A DNA stretch of 64,000 nt, from contig OZ244042.1 in NCBI GenBank assembly GCA_965215015.1, forward strand, positions 384,001-448,000. Reading direction: 5' to 3'. Source of the DNA: Candidatus Poribacteria bacterium (GTDB lineage: Bacteria > Poribacteria > WGA-4E > PCPOR2b). Below the pieces are notes generated by a model, which had not been told where the DNA came from, ran no database searches, and saw nothing but the letters and a program-made list of their open reading frames with translations. The translations under genes and the position numbers were made by a program. Shown piece by piece: positions 49,955 through 60,963 of the stretch; positions within the stretch are counted from its first letter, which is position 1; each line of letters begins with the position of its first letter.

Positions 49955-50935
49955 ATGAAAGGAATTATTAGAACTGGCGACGGGGGCCCGGAGGTCTTGA
50001 AATTAGCGGAAGTTCCTATCCCCACCCCTGGGCCCACACAGTTATTGATTGACGTAAAGGCAACCGCACTCAATCGAGCAGACACTATACAGCGGCAAGG
50101 GGGATACCCACCTCCACCCGGTGAATCAGAACTCCTCGGCCTAGAGCTTGCCGGGGTTGTTGCGTCGTGGGGGGAGGAAGTGGAAGGTTTCGGTCGAGGC
50201 GATCGTATATTCGGTCTGGTCGGTGGCGGTGCTTACGCGGAGCAGGCGGTCATCGACTATCGTATGGCGATGCCAATTCCTGATGATTGGAGTTTTGAGA
50301 AAGCGGCGGCGGTTACGGAGGTCTTTTTTACTGCCAATGAAACGCTTTTTACCATCGGCGGCTTGTGTGCCGGGGAATCAGTGCTCATTCACGCCGGCGG
50401 CAGTGGTGTGGGAACAGCGGGAACGCAGATGGCCCATCAGGCGGGTGCTCGCGTCTTTATTACAGCTGGATCGGCAGAGAAAATCGAGAGAAGCAAGCAG
50501 CTCGGTTGTACCGAGGGAATCAATTATAAGGAACAGGACTTCGCGGCGGAGATTATGCGCCTGACAGATGGGGAAGGCCTGGAGTTGGTTCAGGACTTTA
50601 TTGGTGCGCCATACCTGGAACGCAATCTCTCGATTCTCAAGACGCGAGGCCGCTTGGTTATGGTTGGACTGATGGGCGGTGCCGCTGCAGAACTTAATAT
50701 GGGTCAAATCATGCGGAAACGGTTACAGGTCTTCGGATCGGTGATGCGTCCACAGTTGATTGAAGAAAAGATTGGTATTACACAGCGTTTTGTCGATCGA
50801 TGGCTGCCTCTACTTAAAGAAGGAAAGATTCAACCAATTATTGATTGTGTAATGCCCCTATCACAAGCCTGCGAAGCACACGAATATATGGAGGCGAATC
50901 GGAACTTTGGAAAGATTATTCTGAAGGTAGGGTAA
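49955..50935 (+). CDS. NAD(P)H-quinone oxidoreductase, PIG3 family
   Basis: LNRAD...QRQGGYPPPPG, LIHAGGSGVG, GKIIL. Start moved to 49955 after AAGGA. Confidence 0.93.
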   Translation: MKGIIRTGDGGPEVLKLAEVPIPTPGPTQLLIDVKATALNRADTIQRQGGYPPPPGESELLGLELAGVVASWGEEVEGFGRGDRIFGLVGGGAYAEQAVIDYRMAMPIPDDWSFEKAAAVTEVFFTANETLFTIGGLCAGESVLIHAGGSGVGTAGTQMAHQAGARVFITAGSAEKIERSKQLGCTEGINYKEQDFAAEIMRLTDGEGLELVQDFIGAPYLERNLSILKTRGRLVMVGLMGGAAAELNMGQIMRKRLQVFGSVMRPQLIEEKIGITQRFVDRWLPLLKEGKIQPIIDCVMPLSQACEAHEYMEANRNFGKIILKVG

Positions 50936-51062
50936 TACGACAGCTTATAGAATTGCAACTTTTGGCTTCTCTCTGTGTAGTTAGCCAGCTGTGCCAATTT
51001 TCATCAAGTAGGGAACAACAATTTCTGTTCCCTACTAAGGACCTTACGAACCAAGCAAATTC

Positions 51063-52097
51063 CTATTCAGGGCGCAGCATCAACTTCAATCCCTCCCGTT
51101 TTTCAAAGAGATTAAACGCCTCCTGCCATTCAGAAATGGGCATCTCGTGGGTAATCAACGCCTTTGTGGAGACCATGCCGTGCTCTATCAGTTTGAGTGC
51201 ACGCTCCCATGCAGTTTTCTTCTGCGAGATGAAGCCAGTCACCTGAAGTTCCTTAAAGGCAATCTGTTCAAAATCAATGTTGATTAGATTGCCGAACAAG
51301 CCCATCTGCGTATACTTCCCACGCTTGCGAGCGAGTTCAATGCCTAGCTGTGCTGCCTGCCCTGCTCCTGAGCATTCCAAGACAACGTCGGCACCGTAGC
51401 CGTCGGTATGTGCCTTGATGGTTTCCAACGCATCTTCCTTTTCAACGTCGATCGTTAGGTCTGCACCGAGCTCAGCCGCACGTTCGAGCCGATTTGCGTC
51501 AACGGATGTGCCGCACACAGCGACAATGCCTCCTTCTGCCTTTGCTAGTTGCAAACTGAGCAGTCCAATTGTTCCTGGTCCGGTGATTGCGACAAAGTCC
51601 CCGGCAGAAACCTTTGTCTGCTCGATCACACCGTGAACACAGCAGGCGACCGGCTCCGTCAATGATCCCGAGGTCAAGTCTACGTTTTCGGGAAGTTTGT
51701 GTAAGCCGTGTTCAGGAGTGGTGCAATATCTTGCGAACGCACCGTTATGCCAATAACCGATAATTTCCCGCTGGTTGCACAGGTTATAAAATCCTGAGCG
51801 GCAATAGTCGCACCGTCCACAGATCGAAAAAGTGGGTTCAACGGTCACCCGATCTCCGACCTTGACCCGGCGAATTGCCGAACCACACTCGATAATCGTA
51901 CCGCTGAATTCGTGACCGATGACAACCGGCGGACGCATCGGGAGGTTGATATGATCGTGATGGATGTGCAGATCCGACCCACAAATTCCCGCGCTGTGCA
52001 CCTCAATGAGAACTTCGTCGGCGTTAGGCTCCCGAACATCAACATCACGGAGCTCGGTGAACCCGTCACCACGCTGATATTTGACGACGCCTTTCAT
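51063..52097 (-). CDS. Zinc-dependent (MDR) polyol/threonine dehydrogenase-like protein
   Basis: GICGSDLH, GHEFSG, CGRCDYC...C, GPGTIG. Confidence 0.93.
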   Translation of the reverse strand: MKGVVKYQRGDGFTELRDVDVREPNADEVLIEVHSAGICGSDLHIHHDHINLPMRPPVVIGHEFSGTIIECGSAIRRVKVGDRVTVEPTFSICGRCDYCRSGFYNLCNQREIIGYWHNGAFARYCTTPEHGLHKLPENVDLTSGSLTEPVACCVHGVIEQTKVSAGDFVAITGPGTIGLLSLQLAKAEGGIVAVCGTSVDANRLERAAELGADLTIDVEKEDALETIKAHTDGYGADVVLECSGAGQAAQLGIELARKRGKYTQMGLFGNLINIDFEQIAFKELQVTGFISQKKTAWERALKLIEHGMVSTKALITHEMPISEWQEAFNLFEKREGLKLMLRPE

Positions 52098-52111
52098 TAG
52101 AAAAACTCCTT

Positions 52112-52921
52112 TTATGTCTTCCTATAGATCACCGGACAATGTGTAGGCGTATCGATGAATGCCGTTAATCCTTGTCGGAGGTTGCCAACCGGTCTGGACT
52201 TTTCCGTGCACAAATGGACCGCGAAACTCCGTCGTGGTTCCCCCGAGAGGTTGGGACCGCTGCTATGATAAGTAAGATTGTCATGGAAACTGATACCACC
52301 GGGGTGAAGAATGGCGGGGACCTCCTCCCAGTCGTCACCGTCAGGCACCTCAATTTCCTCGCGCTGTGCTTCGTGGTCTTGTCCATAAAAGTCACTGTGG
52401 TCGAGCAATCCCCACTTGTGCGAACCGCGAACAAATTTCATGGGACCGGCTGCCGGGGTGACATCGCTGAGCGCAACCCATGCCGTTAAGAGCTCACTAC
52501 CTTCCTCCCACGCCTGCCAATAGTGACGGTCTTGATGCCAGCCAATGTTCGTGGGCACAATCCCGTCTGGGTCCGTAGGGGGCTTGTAGAGGAGTTGTAC
52601 CCACCACACCTGTACCATCTGAGCACCTGTAATCTCCGCTGCCAGTTTTCCAATTGACGGGTGACTGACCAACTCCATGATCGCACGGTTCGCAATCTGA
52701 GACATCTCTATCTTGCATAACTTCTTTGGATCGTCTCCGGGGCTCCAAGCCGACGGACGCGGGGGTGTGCCCGTTTCGTATTCTCCCGCTCGGACTGCAT
52801 CCATGCCTTCAATGGCACGTTGAATCATCGCTTTATCAATAATCGACTCCGGGAAAAGATAGAACCCATCTACCTCATATTTCGTGCGTGCCTGAGAGGA
52901 TTGTGGCGTTTGCATCAACAT
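52112..52921 (-). CDS. PhyH-family dioxygenase
   Basis: GWHQD, TAWVALSD, GSHKWG, YHSSGPN...RR. Confidence 0.92.
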   Translation of the reverse strand: MLMQTPQSSQARTKYEVDGFYLFPESIIDKAMIQRAIEGMDAVRAGEYETGTPPRPSAWSPGDDPKKLCKIEMSQIANRAIMELVSHPSIGKLAAEITGAQMVQVWWVQLLYKPPTDPDGIVPTNIGWHQDRHYWQAWEEGSELLTAWVALSDVTPAAGPMKFVRGSHKWGLLDHSDFYGQDHEAQREEIEVPDGDDWEEVPAILHPGGISFHDNLTYHSSGPNLSGEPRRSFAVHLCTEKSRPVGNLRQGLTAFIDTPTHCPVIYRKT

Positions 52922-52932
52922 CTCCTTCTAAC

Positions 52933-53763
52933 TCACGACAAATGAATTGACTTGAACGACTCAATTTGAGCGGTAATGGCACGCTCCGTTGGCAGACGCT
53001 CGGCACTTGACGCACCGTAGAATCCGACAACCCCACTCGTATTGTCAAGGATATACTGGGCATCTTCCGGCTCGGCGATAGGACCACCGTGACAAATAAC
53101 CAGGATTTCGGGGTTGACCGACTTCGCTACATCGTGGATGGCTTGCACCCGTTTGGCGGATTCTTCAAGCGTCAATGCAGTCTTTGCACCAATACTTCCC
53201 TTCGTTGTCAGTCCCATGTGAGCAACAAGAATGTCTGCGCCGGCATCCGCCATCTGTTCCGCCTCCGATTCGTTAAAGGCGTAGGGTGTCGTCAACATGC
53301 CGAGATTATGAGCGGTGCGAATCATCTCCACCTCTGGTCCGTATCCCATCCCTGTCTCTTCCAGATTTTGTCGAAATGTGCTATCAATTAAACCTACAGT
53401 CGGAAAATTCTGCACCCCAGAAAAGCCGATGGCGTCGATCTGTTTCAGGAATACATCCATCAAGCGAAACGGATCCGTCCCACAGACGCCTGCGAGCACG
53501 GGTATATTCTGAACAACCGGCAGCACTTCGCTCGCCATTTCAACCACAATTTGGTTGGCATCACCGTAGGGCATCATCCCTGCAAGTGACCCTCGACCCG
53601 CCATTCGGAAGCGTCCTGAGTTATAAATCACGATGAGATCTACACCGCCGGCCTCCTCACACTTGGCAGAGATGCCGGTTCCTGCGCCTGCACCGATAAT
53701 CGGTTTACCCGCCTCAACGTTTGTCCGCAATCGGCTTAAAATGTCCTCACGTTTGAATTTCAC
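52933..53763 (-). CDS. PEP-hydrolase-like TIM-barrel protein (TIM-br_sig_trns family)
   Basis: [54 protein letters not shown]. Confidence 0.9.
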   Translation of the reverse strand: MKFKREDILSRLRTNVEAGKPIIGAGAGTGISAKCEEAGGVDLIVIYNSGRFRMAGRGSLAGMMPYGDANQIVVEMASEVLPVVQNIPVLAGVCGTDPFRLMDVFLKQIDAIGFSGVQNFPTVGLIDSTFRQNLEETGMGYGPEVEMIRTAHNLGMLTTPYAFNESEAEQMADAGADILVAHMGLTTKGSIGAKTALTLEESAKRVQAIHDVAKSVNPEILVICHGGPIAEPEDAQYILDNTSGVVGFYGASSAERLPTERAITAQIESFKSIHLS

Positions 53764-53804
53764 TTTGCACCTCCAAATCCATTTGGATTTGCTACCCCGA
53801 TAGT

Positions 53805-54083
53805 TGGTAGGGCGGGCGTCCTAGCCCCGACCCACTCGCCCAATTCAATACCCGTAGGTCGAGATTCATATCTCGACATTCTCAGTTTGTCTCTCCGTTG
53901 TGTTCTGATGTATCAACCCCGCTCGGCTTGGATAGACATATCCAAGCCATAAACACCCGGACTCTCGCGCAATGTGCTAGGTATCTTGTACAGTGGATTT
54001 GTCAATCTGCTGCGAGCGGTGGTTGACTCGATTTAACTTCCTTTTCCCCGTTATCAACGTTTCCTAATAGTAGCAACTTAGGT
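53805..54083. repeat. Cluster of GTAG-REP-like hairpins and a family C segment
   Basis: GTAGGTCGAGATTCATATCTCGAC; CGCTCGGCTTGGATAGACATATCCAAGCCA (inverted copy at about 49717-49746); TAGGTATCTTGTACAG...TAGCAACTTAGGT similar to 42747-42841. Confidence 0.65.
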
Positions 54084-54130
54084 TCAATTAAGCCGTGCGA
54101 CAGTTTCAAACTTTCGCACGGCTCGATAAA

Positions 54131-55126
54131 CTACACCGGAAAAACCAGTTTCTGATCAAAGAAGACCTGACTGACAGAACGTCGCTGGTGAATCCTCAGA
54201 ATCGCCTCGGCAAGCAGTGGGGCAATGGACAGGACCTTGACTTTGCTGCCAATCTGTTTCTCAGCAGGGACGGGAATGGTATTGGTGACAACAACTTCCT
54301 GAATCGAAGGACGATTTAGACGTTCTAGAGCAGGACCAACAAGCACCGGATGCGTAATGCTAAGATACGCAGGCTTGGCACCCGCTTCGACGATAGCATC
54401 CGCCTGCTGATAGATACTCCCACTCGTTACGAGGTCATCAATAATAATTGGGGTTTTGTCCACAACGTCACCGATGATTTCGGTGACGACCTTCACTTCT
54501 CTACCGCCAGTCCCACTTCGCCGTTTGTGCATGATTGCCAGCGGCATGCCGAGCATATCAACATACTTATCCGCCAGTTTCGCCCGACCGACATCGGGAG
54601 ACACAATTACGCCATCTTCAATCTGCTTCTCCTTAAAATAATCTGCCAGTGTCGGCAGCCCCGTCAGATGGTCTACGGGGATATCGAAGAAACCTTGGAT
54701 CTGCGCGGCGTGCAAATCAACGGCGACGACCCGATTCGCACCGGCGGTTGTGAGCAGGTTTGCTACCAGTTTCGCGCTAATCGGCTCTCGTCCTGTCGAC
54801 TTGTGGTCCTGTCGTGCATAGCCGAAATAGGGGATGACAGCGGTGATTTGCTGGGCAGAAGCGCGTTTCACCGCATCAATTATGACCAACAACTCCATCA
54901 GATTATCGTTTGTCGGTGGACACGTTGGCTGTACTATATAGATGTCAGCCCCCCGGATGCTTTCTTCAATTTGGGAATGGGTTTCATATCCGGGAAATGT
55001 GCTGACTGAAATTCTTCCCAATTCAACCCCTAAAATCGTAGCAATCTCCTTCGCTAATCCCGGATTGGCACGCCCGGCAAAAAGCCGGAAATCGCCTCGA
55101 ACTTCCCCGTTGGTTATTGTGGACAT
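54131..55126 (-). CDS. prs: Ribose-phosphate pyrophosphokinase
   Basis: ESIRG.D, NDNLMELL, PYFGYARQD, DLHAAQIQGFFD, VSPDVG, VTNTIP. Start at 55126 after GGAGG. Confidence 0.95.
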   Translation of the reverse strand: MSTITNGEVRGDFRLFAGRANPGLAKEIATILGVELGRISVSTFPGYETHSQIEESIRGADIYIVQPTCPPTNDNLMELLVIIDAVKRASAQQITAVIPYFGYARQDHKSTGREPISAKLVANLLTTAGANRVVAVDLHAAQIQGFFDIPVDHLTGLPTLADYFKEKQIEDGVIVSPDVGRAKLADKYVDMLGMPLAIMHKRRSGTGGREVKVVTEIIGDVVDKTPIIIDDLVTSGSIYQQADAIVEAGAKPAYLSITHPVLVGPALERLNRPSIQEVVVTNTIPVPAEKQIGSKVKVLSIAPLLAEAILRIHQRRSVSQVFFDQKLVFPV

Positions 55127-55230
55127 AGCTAAGACCTCCATAGAACGTAATGCGTGAAGCCCCGCTAGATAAATCACTGCACGACTTACCTGGCGAACTC
55201 CAAAATGTAAGGTGAATTGCTGCTCTCCCA

Positions 55231-55719
55231 TCACCAGCGATTTGTAATCTCCGGTGGGAAAGCACCGGATTCAATCTCAGCAATCAAATCTTGAAGTGCG
55301 TTCCTCGCCTGATTTGCCAAATCGGACTGTATCCAATTCCGCGCTATAGCTGATTCAAATTCAGCTTCATCTTCGACCTGATAGCTACCGTCCGGTGAAA
55401 CCCACAGATCTAAAAATAAATCAGTTATTTCAAAATGGGTGTCCGTCCGTTTCATCGGCAAGATGATGTCGCAGTAGTACCCTGTGAAGTGTTCGTCGAG
55501 ATTATAGATCTTCCCAATGTCATACCAGCGGTTGGCGAAGACAAACCAAACCGCCCTGTAGTTATCCCCAAGGACGGTCACACCATCAATAACGATTGGA
55601 CTGGAAGGCTTGATACGTTGCGTGGTGACAATGACATCGTCGTCTTGGTAAAGCAGATTTTGTGGAAAGTGATTTACGCGATCCGGCAGGCGTTTATAAA
55701 TCAGTTCAATTGTTTCCAT
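55231..55719 (-). CDS. DUF402-domain protein (nucleoside di/triphosphatase-like)
   Basis: GYYCDI..P, TDLFLDLWVSPDG...EDEAEF. Confidence 0.82.
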   Translation of the reverse strand: METIELIYKRLPDRVNHFPQNLLYQDDDVIVTTQRIKPSSPIVIDGVTVLGDNYRAVWFVFANRWYDIGKIYNLDEHFTGYYCDIILPMKRTDTHFEITDLFLDLWVSPDGSYQVEDEAEFESAIARNWIQSDLANQARNALQDLIAEIESGAFPPEITNRW

Positions 55720-56339
55720 TTGCGATCCATCTCTTTCACAGTCTGAATAAATGCTTGCACTTTGACCGGATCTTTCCGCCCGGGTCTCACCTCGACTCCA
55801 CTACTGACATCAACGCCATAAGGTCGCACTTGTTGGACAGCGGACCCAACGTTATCGGGATCGAGTCCACCCGCGAGGATGATCCGACCGTACTGTTTCG
55901 CCTTTACGGCAAGATGCCAGTCAAACGCCACCCCTGTACCGCCCAGGGCTCCTTTGACATAAGTATCCAGCAGATACCCACTGACACGGTAATCGGACAG
56001 ATGAGCAAAACTCGATTCGTCTTTGACTCGCGCCGCTTTGATGATCCTGCGATTGAGCACCCGGCAGAACTGAGGGGACTCATCGCCGTGCAACTGTAGC
56101 ATATCCAGATGACACTCATCAGCAGTTGTCCGAATCACCTCCGGAGCCGCGTTGACAAACAGTCCAACCGTCGTGATGAAAGGGGGAAGTTGTTCAATAA
56201 TCTTGGCCGCAGCTTTTGTATCTTTAAGGTAGCGCGGGGTATCAGGAACAAATGCGAAGCCGAGGGCATCTGCACCCGCATCAGTTGCCATCAGTGCATC
56301 GTCAATGTTGGTGATCCCACAAATCTTAATTCGCGTCAA
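55701..56339 (-). CDS. trpF: Phosphoribosylanthranilate isomerase
   Basis: IKICGIT, QLHGDES, GGTG..FDW, LAGGL, GVDVSSGVE. Confidence 0.96.
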   Translation of the reverse strand: MTRIKICGITNIDDALMATDAGADALGFAFVPDTPRYLKDTKAAAKIIEQLPPFITTVGLFVNAAPEVIRTTADECHLDMLQLHGDESPQFCRVLNRRIIKAARVKDESSFAHLSDYRVSGYLLDTYVKGALGGTGVAFDWHLAVKAKQYGRIILAGGLDPDNVGSAVQQVRPYGVDVSSGVEVRPGRKDPVKVQAFIQTVKEMDRKWKQLN

Positions 56340-56366
56340 CTCGTCCCTCCTTCTCCCGTATCCTTC

Positions 56367-58202
56367 CTACCGAATAACAATTTCAAACGGTATCACTGCT
56401 GCAACAGACTCATTGCCGAACAGATGCAGCCAGTAAAAATTGGACAAAGTGCGCTCAATCGGCATTGGCATGGGGAGGTGAGACGTCATCGGAATCCGTA
56501 TGTCCATCTCTATATCCTCTATCAGTGTCTCGAAGAAGGTCTTCGGCTTTGGCAGGGTGATGATATCAATCTCATCGGTGGGCTCCATTCCAATCTGTTT
56601 TTTGGCAATTGCGATGGCTGTGTCAAGCCCGCCAAGTTCATCAACAAGTCCAATCTCCTTTGCTTGTTTTCCAGTCCAGATTCGTCCCTGTGCGAGTTCG
56701 TGAATCTCCCCTTCAGTTTTATTCCGTCCTTCAGCAGCCTTTCGGACAAAATTCTGATAGATCGTCTCTAGCAACTTCCGCAATCGTTCACGCTCTGTCT
56801 GCGTAAAATCGCCGTAATCTGAATAGAGATTCGCATTCTTCCCGCGCGTGATAACCGCTTTCGTCAACCCAATCTTGTTGTAGAGTCCTTTGAGGTTGAG
56901 TTTGCCGCCAAGTACCCCAATCGAGCCGGTAATTGTCCCCGGTTCGGCGACAATAGTCCCCGCAGCCATGGCGATATAATACCCACCCGACCCCGCAACA
57001 TCCGACATCGATACAACAAGCGGTTTTTCCCGTTGAGTCAGCAGCACTTCCCGCCAAATGGCGTCTGATGCAACCGCAGACCCACCGGGGCTATCAACCC
57101 GCATTACGACTGCCTGAATGGCATTGTCCTCGCGGGCTTCACGTAACGCCTTGGCCACTACGCCGGGGGTAATAACCTGCCCGGTTGTGAACAGACTAGT
57201 AGGGGCGTCAGACATGATGGGGCCGGTAGCGTAAATTAACGCAACCTTCGGTTTTCCCTCCCCGGAGGTTGGCTTTTTCGACGATGCAAGCATCGAAAAA
57301 AGTCTCATAAATCCCGCAAAGCCGGTGAGCTCAGGTGCCCCCGTCGTTTTTTTGCCGTAGTCCGAAACAACTTCGATTTTTTCCTTCGCACGTCCTTCAA
57401 TTGATTGCACCAATTCGTCATAGTATTGGAGTTCATCAACCAGCTTCGCCTGATATGCTTCCTCGGCAGTAAAGGGTCCCTGATCAATGAGATCAACAAT
57501 CGACGCCGCATCAATTTCACCCCGTCCGTTGGCGAGCATTTCAACCTGCTGGGCATACAGGTCATCGAGGATTGCATTCAGTGCTTCCCTCTGGGCCTCC
57601 GACATACTATCTCGCATGAACGGCTCAATCGCTGATTTATACTTGCCGACGGTGTACATATCCGCTTTGATGTCTAGTTTATCTAGAAGCCCTCGGTAGA
57701 ACATCACTTCAGCCCGTAGCCCTGTCAAACCGACCATCCCCGCCGGCATCAATACAATTCGATCCGCGGCACAGGCGAGCAGATATTCCGTATTGCCGCC
57801 GCTTTCGAGATAACTGATGACTTCGATCCCGTCGCCTCGGAGTTGAATAATCTTGTCACGGAGTTCCTGTAGCTTCGCCCAACCGATCCCGAGTCCTTCG
57901 ATCTTCAGTAAGACGCCGGCAACTTCGTCGTCCTTGCGAATTTTGTCAATCTGTTTTGTTATGCTTCGGAGGGTTTTGACTTGTGTCGAAAATACAAATG
58001 CGGGTCTGACCTCTGCAAGTGGGCCCCTGATTGATAGCTCGACATACTTACGCGAAGGTATCTGCTGTGCAGTTGTAGTTTCGTGTGGGGCACCGGGGGA
58101 TCCCTCCGGTTCAACCGCTTCCTCTTGAGCGAAAGCAGGGTGCCAAATTAGAAGGAAACTGATGACGGTCGGCAGCCAGAATAGCTTTGTCAGTTTCAGC
58201 AT
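56367..58202 (-). CDS. sppA: Signal peptide peptidase SppA, 67K type
   Basis: GKYKSAIEPF, RVDSPGGSAVAS, SMSDVAGSGGYYIA, ITGSIGV, GRIWTG.QA...GLVDELGGL. Confidence 0.95.
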   Translation of the reverse strand: MLKLTKLFWLPTVISFLLIWHPAFAQEEAVEPEGSPGAPHETTTAQQIPSRKYVELSIRGPLAEVRPAFVFSTQVKTLRSITKQIDKIRKDDEVAGVLLKIEGLGIGWAKLQELRDKIIQLRGDGIEVISYLESGGNTEYLLACAADRIVLMPAGMVGLTGLRAEVMFYRGLLDKLDIKADMYTVGKYKSAIEPFMRDSMSEAQREALNAILDDLYAQQVEMLANGRGEIDAASIVDLIDQGPFTAEEAYQAKLVDELQYYDELVQSIEGRAKEKIEVVSDYGKKTTGAPELTGFAGFMRLFSMLASSKKPTSGEGKPKVALIYATGPIMSDAPTSLFTTGQVITPGVVAKALREAREDNAIQAVVMRVDSPGGSAVASDAIWREVLLTQREKPLVVSMSDVAGSGGYYIAMAAGTIVAEPGTITGSIGVLGGKLNLKGLYNKIGLTKAVITRGKNANLYSDYGDFTQTERERLRKLLETIYQNFVRKAAEGRNKTEGEIHELAQGRIWTGKQAKEIGLVDELGGLDTAIAIAKKQIGMEPTDEIDIITLPKPKTFFETLIEDIEMDIRIPMTSHLPMPMPIERTLSNFYWLHLFGNESVAAVIPFEIVIR

Positions 58203-58345
58203 GGTGCTATCCTTTCTTAATATGATTTGTGAGATCCGAACGGGCTTATTTTAACAAATCATACGGTATGTTTCAACCCCAAACGGTGTATTTCCGAGGA
58301 CAATCGCATATAAAAGATATTGAAACAACAACCGTTTGCGCCATT

Positions 58346-58407
58346 GTAGGGGCAGTCCTTGTGGCTGCCCTTCGTACTTGTAGGAAACGCAGCTCTGCCT
58401 TCCCTAC
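58346..58407. repeat. Paired GTAG-REP-like hairpins
   Basis: GTAGGGGCAGTCCTTGTGGCTGCCC and GTAGGAAACGCAGCTCTGCCTTCCCTAC. Confidence 0.6.
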
Positions 58408-59258
58408 AGCGGACGGAACTCCACCAACCGGATGTTGGCGTCAAACCCAGGAGCCCCTACATACTGAACAGCATTTAGATTGATGCTATCTGCATGTGCA
58501 AAATGGATGTGACCGCAAAACACGGCGACAAGATTCTCCGCCCTCGCAAGGATACGCACAAATTCTAAGGTTGAGGGTAGATTGTCTCCCGTGTCCCATC
58601 GATCTCGACTCTCAGGCCCCCATTCTGGATCGGCGATTAAAATTGGGGCATCAAAGTGCTCTAATGTCGGTTCCCGTAGCGTTGGAAGACTCAAAGGGAT
58701 ATGGGTAAGCAACACCGTTGGCATTCCGTTTGCCAAATGTGTATCCACAAATGCTGTCTGTTCTTCGTCCACCTGGTAGATGGAATCATCGACCATCAAA
58801 AATTGGATGCCCCCGATTTCATGTCGGGCATACGCCGCCTGCCCGTGATGAAGCGGTGCCAGTGCACCCCACCATGCCTCCCGTAATTCTCGACGTCCCT
58901 CTAAGCCGGGGTAATGCCAATCGTGGTTTCCAGAGGTATACAGTGTGGGCACCCCCACTTTATCAATCGACGTTACAAGGCTTTCTACACCCGCCTGAGA
59001 GGGGAAATGAACCATATCACCGGTCAACGCCATCAGATCCAAAGAACTTCCCTTGGCTTCTTCCATGAGTCTGTCAAAGGTTAGATTTCTCGATTCAAAA
59101 CGCTCGCACGCTGCTTGACAAGCCTCTATATGTTCAGCGTCCCGGTCATCAATGAGGGCAATGTGTGAATCAGTGACGTGGAGCATCCGCACCGTTTGAT
59201 GTAATCCCTCGACGCAAATTGTTGCTGTGTTATCACTCCATTTGTGTGTCGTTCGCAT
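58404..59258 (-). CDS. Calcineurin-like metallophosphoesterase
   Basis: TDSH, TGD, GNHD, HIP, CGHIH. Start at 59258 after AAGGA. Confidence 0.9.
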   Translation of the reverse strand: MRTTHKWSDNTATICVEGLHQTVRMLHVTDSHIALIDDRDAEHIEACQAACERFESRNLTFDRLMEEAKGSSLDLMALTGDMVHFPSQAGVESLVTSIDKVGVPTLYTSGNHDWHYPGLEGRRELREAWWGALAPLHHGQAAYARHEIGGIQFLMVDDSIYQVDEEQTAFVDTHLANGMPTVLLTHIPLSLPTLREPTLEHFDAPILIADPEWGPESRDRWDTGDNLPSTLEFVRILARAENLVAVFCGHIHFAHADSINLNAVQYVGAPGFDANIRLVEFRPL

Positions 59259-59433
59259 GTTTGTTTTCCTTGTATAATAACCCAAGTTGCTAGCTAGGTA
59301 TTGAAAATCCATCGGATTGTTGTTAAAATTGATGTGTTCAATCTTTCGGTCCAGAGGAGCAATATGTCTATAGAATAGCGATGTGTCCAATCTCCGCGCT
59401 CCAGGGGAGCGCAATGCGTATAGTAAAGCGTGT

Positions 59434-60963
59434 CTAACTGCCGGTAGTATGAAGGTGCTTCATAAATTGCTTAGTTACCCGATTAATGGTTTCTCTCACA
59501 TCAAACAATGCGTCTTCCGCGGGATATAACTCGTCCTTCTCAAGTTTCTCATACGGTAAAGCAATCGCATATTCAACCACTGCGACTTCATAGCAAACTT
59601 ATCGAAACTCTCGTGAATCGGTAGAATTGCCTCCAGTTTCAAATGCACTAGCGATTTGGGGATGGTCTAAGTTTATAAAAATGGTCTTTGTATCACCAAC
59701 GTACCTTGATCGATTTTGTTCAGCAGTGAAACGCTCAAATTCAATGGAGAAAACTGCTTTTCTCCGTTTTCCATTTCCTTCGCTTCGATTTTTTCTGGGC
59801 TTGGGTTTGTTTTCTGGGGGTGTAGTTGGTTTTGGTCTCGGGGTATTTCCCGGCAGGCTTCTATTCCTGGGATGCCTAACCCTTTGAGTCATTTCAAGTT
59901 CCATCTCCTGTTGCGCGAAGTCTTGGTTGAGGATATCCGAGATCCTATCAGCTTCTTTCGCCAGCTTTGTTTCCATTTCCGATTGACGTTTTTCACGAGC
60001 TTGTCTCACAAGCTCTGATCTTATTTCTTCAAGCTCGTTTGAGACCCAACCCAATAGTACTACAACCACGGGGTTTTGTCGATTCAGCGTGTTATTTCTC
60101 GTGTTATCAAAAGCTGGAATGGGCCATTCACCCTCCTCCAAGATTGGTACATCGATCTGTCCAAAAATTTGATTCGCATTCTCCTTCCGCTCAATTCCTC
60201 CAAGCGTCGTTTCATGCCAGATGCCGTGTGATAAAATGTCAATTCCCCGCATATCATCATTTAATGGTGCGGGAGATACCTTCACATCCAAACATACGTT
60301 ACCGATGTGTTTGGCAACTTCTATTGGCGGAAAACGCTCAAATTGTGCTACAAACGGTGGTTCTTTAAACTTGCACACATGCCCGTTTACAGTAACCCTG
60401 GCACGAGTACGGTAACGACTGAGATGGCGTTCAATGTATGAAATTACCTTGTCAACATTCGGACGTTTTATATTGAAATCGCGGAGGACTACAATTGTCC
60501 CAGCGTCTTCATCCGTTGGCTGATTTACCTCAATGTCTCGAACAGAAAAAGGTTCGCCGCTTTGTGCTTGTTCAATGTCTCTCCTGTGTAATTCAACAAT
60601 GTTCCGCGAACCTGCCTGAATCGTATCAATGCAAAGCAAGTTTGCCAAGCCAAAGGCGGCACATTTGCCTGTGCCAAATCGCCCTCGGACTCTCCGTCCC
60701 TGTTGTCTGAGGATATTCTTCCCATGCATCTGAAAGAAACCGTCTAACTCTTTTCTGGACATGCCACGACTATTGTCAGATATGCTAATTTCGTGACTTG
60801 TTATCTCAACCGCAATGACTGTTAAGATGTCATTTTTGACAGCATCCAAAGAGTTCGCGACGTATTCCCAAACTACCTTGGGCATGGTATTAAAATATGC
60901 AGCATTCTGAAGGAAATCCCTAGCCACATGCGAAGTTACCTTGATAGAGCTTTCTATCGCCAT
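59434..60963 (-). CDS. GHKL (MORC/Hsp90-like) ATPase with in-frame TAA at 59599-59601 (possible pseudogene)
   Basis: Bergerat motifs EYVANSLDA, ISDNSRGM and GRFGTGK; the frame stays open for 54 codons after the TAA. Confidence 0.82.

Noticed and set aside
59450-59470. TGAAGGTGCTTCATAAAT as another copy of the family D end
   Set aside because: It is a weak match lying inside the read-through tail of the ATPase frame; likely chance.
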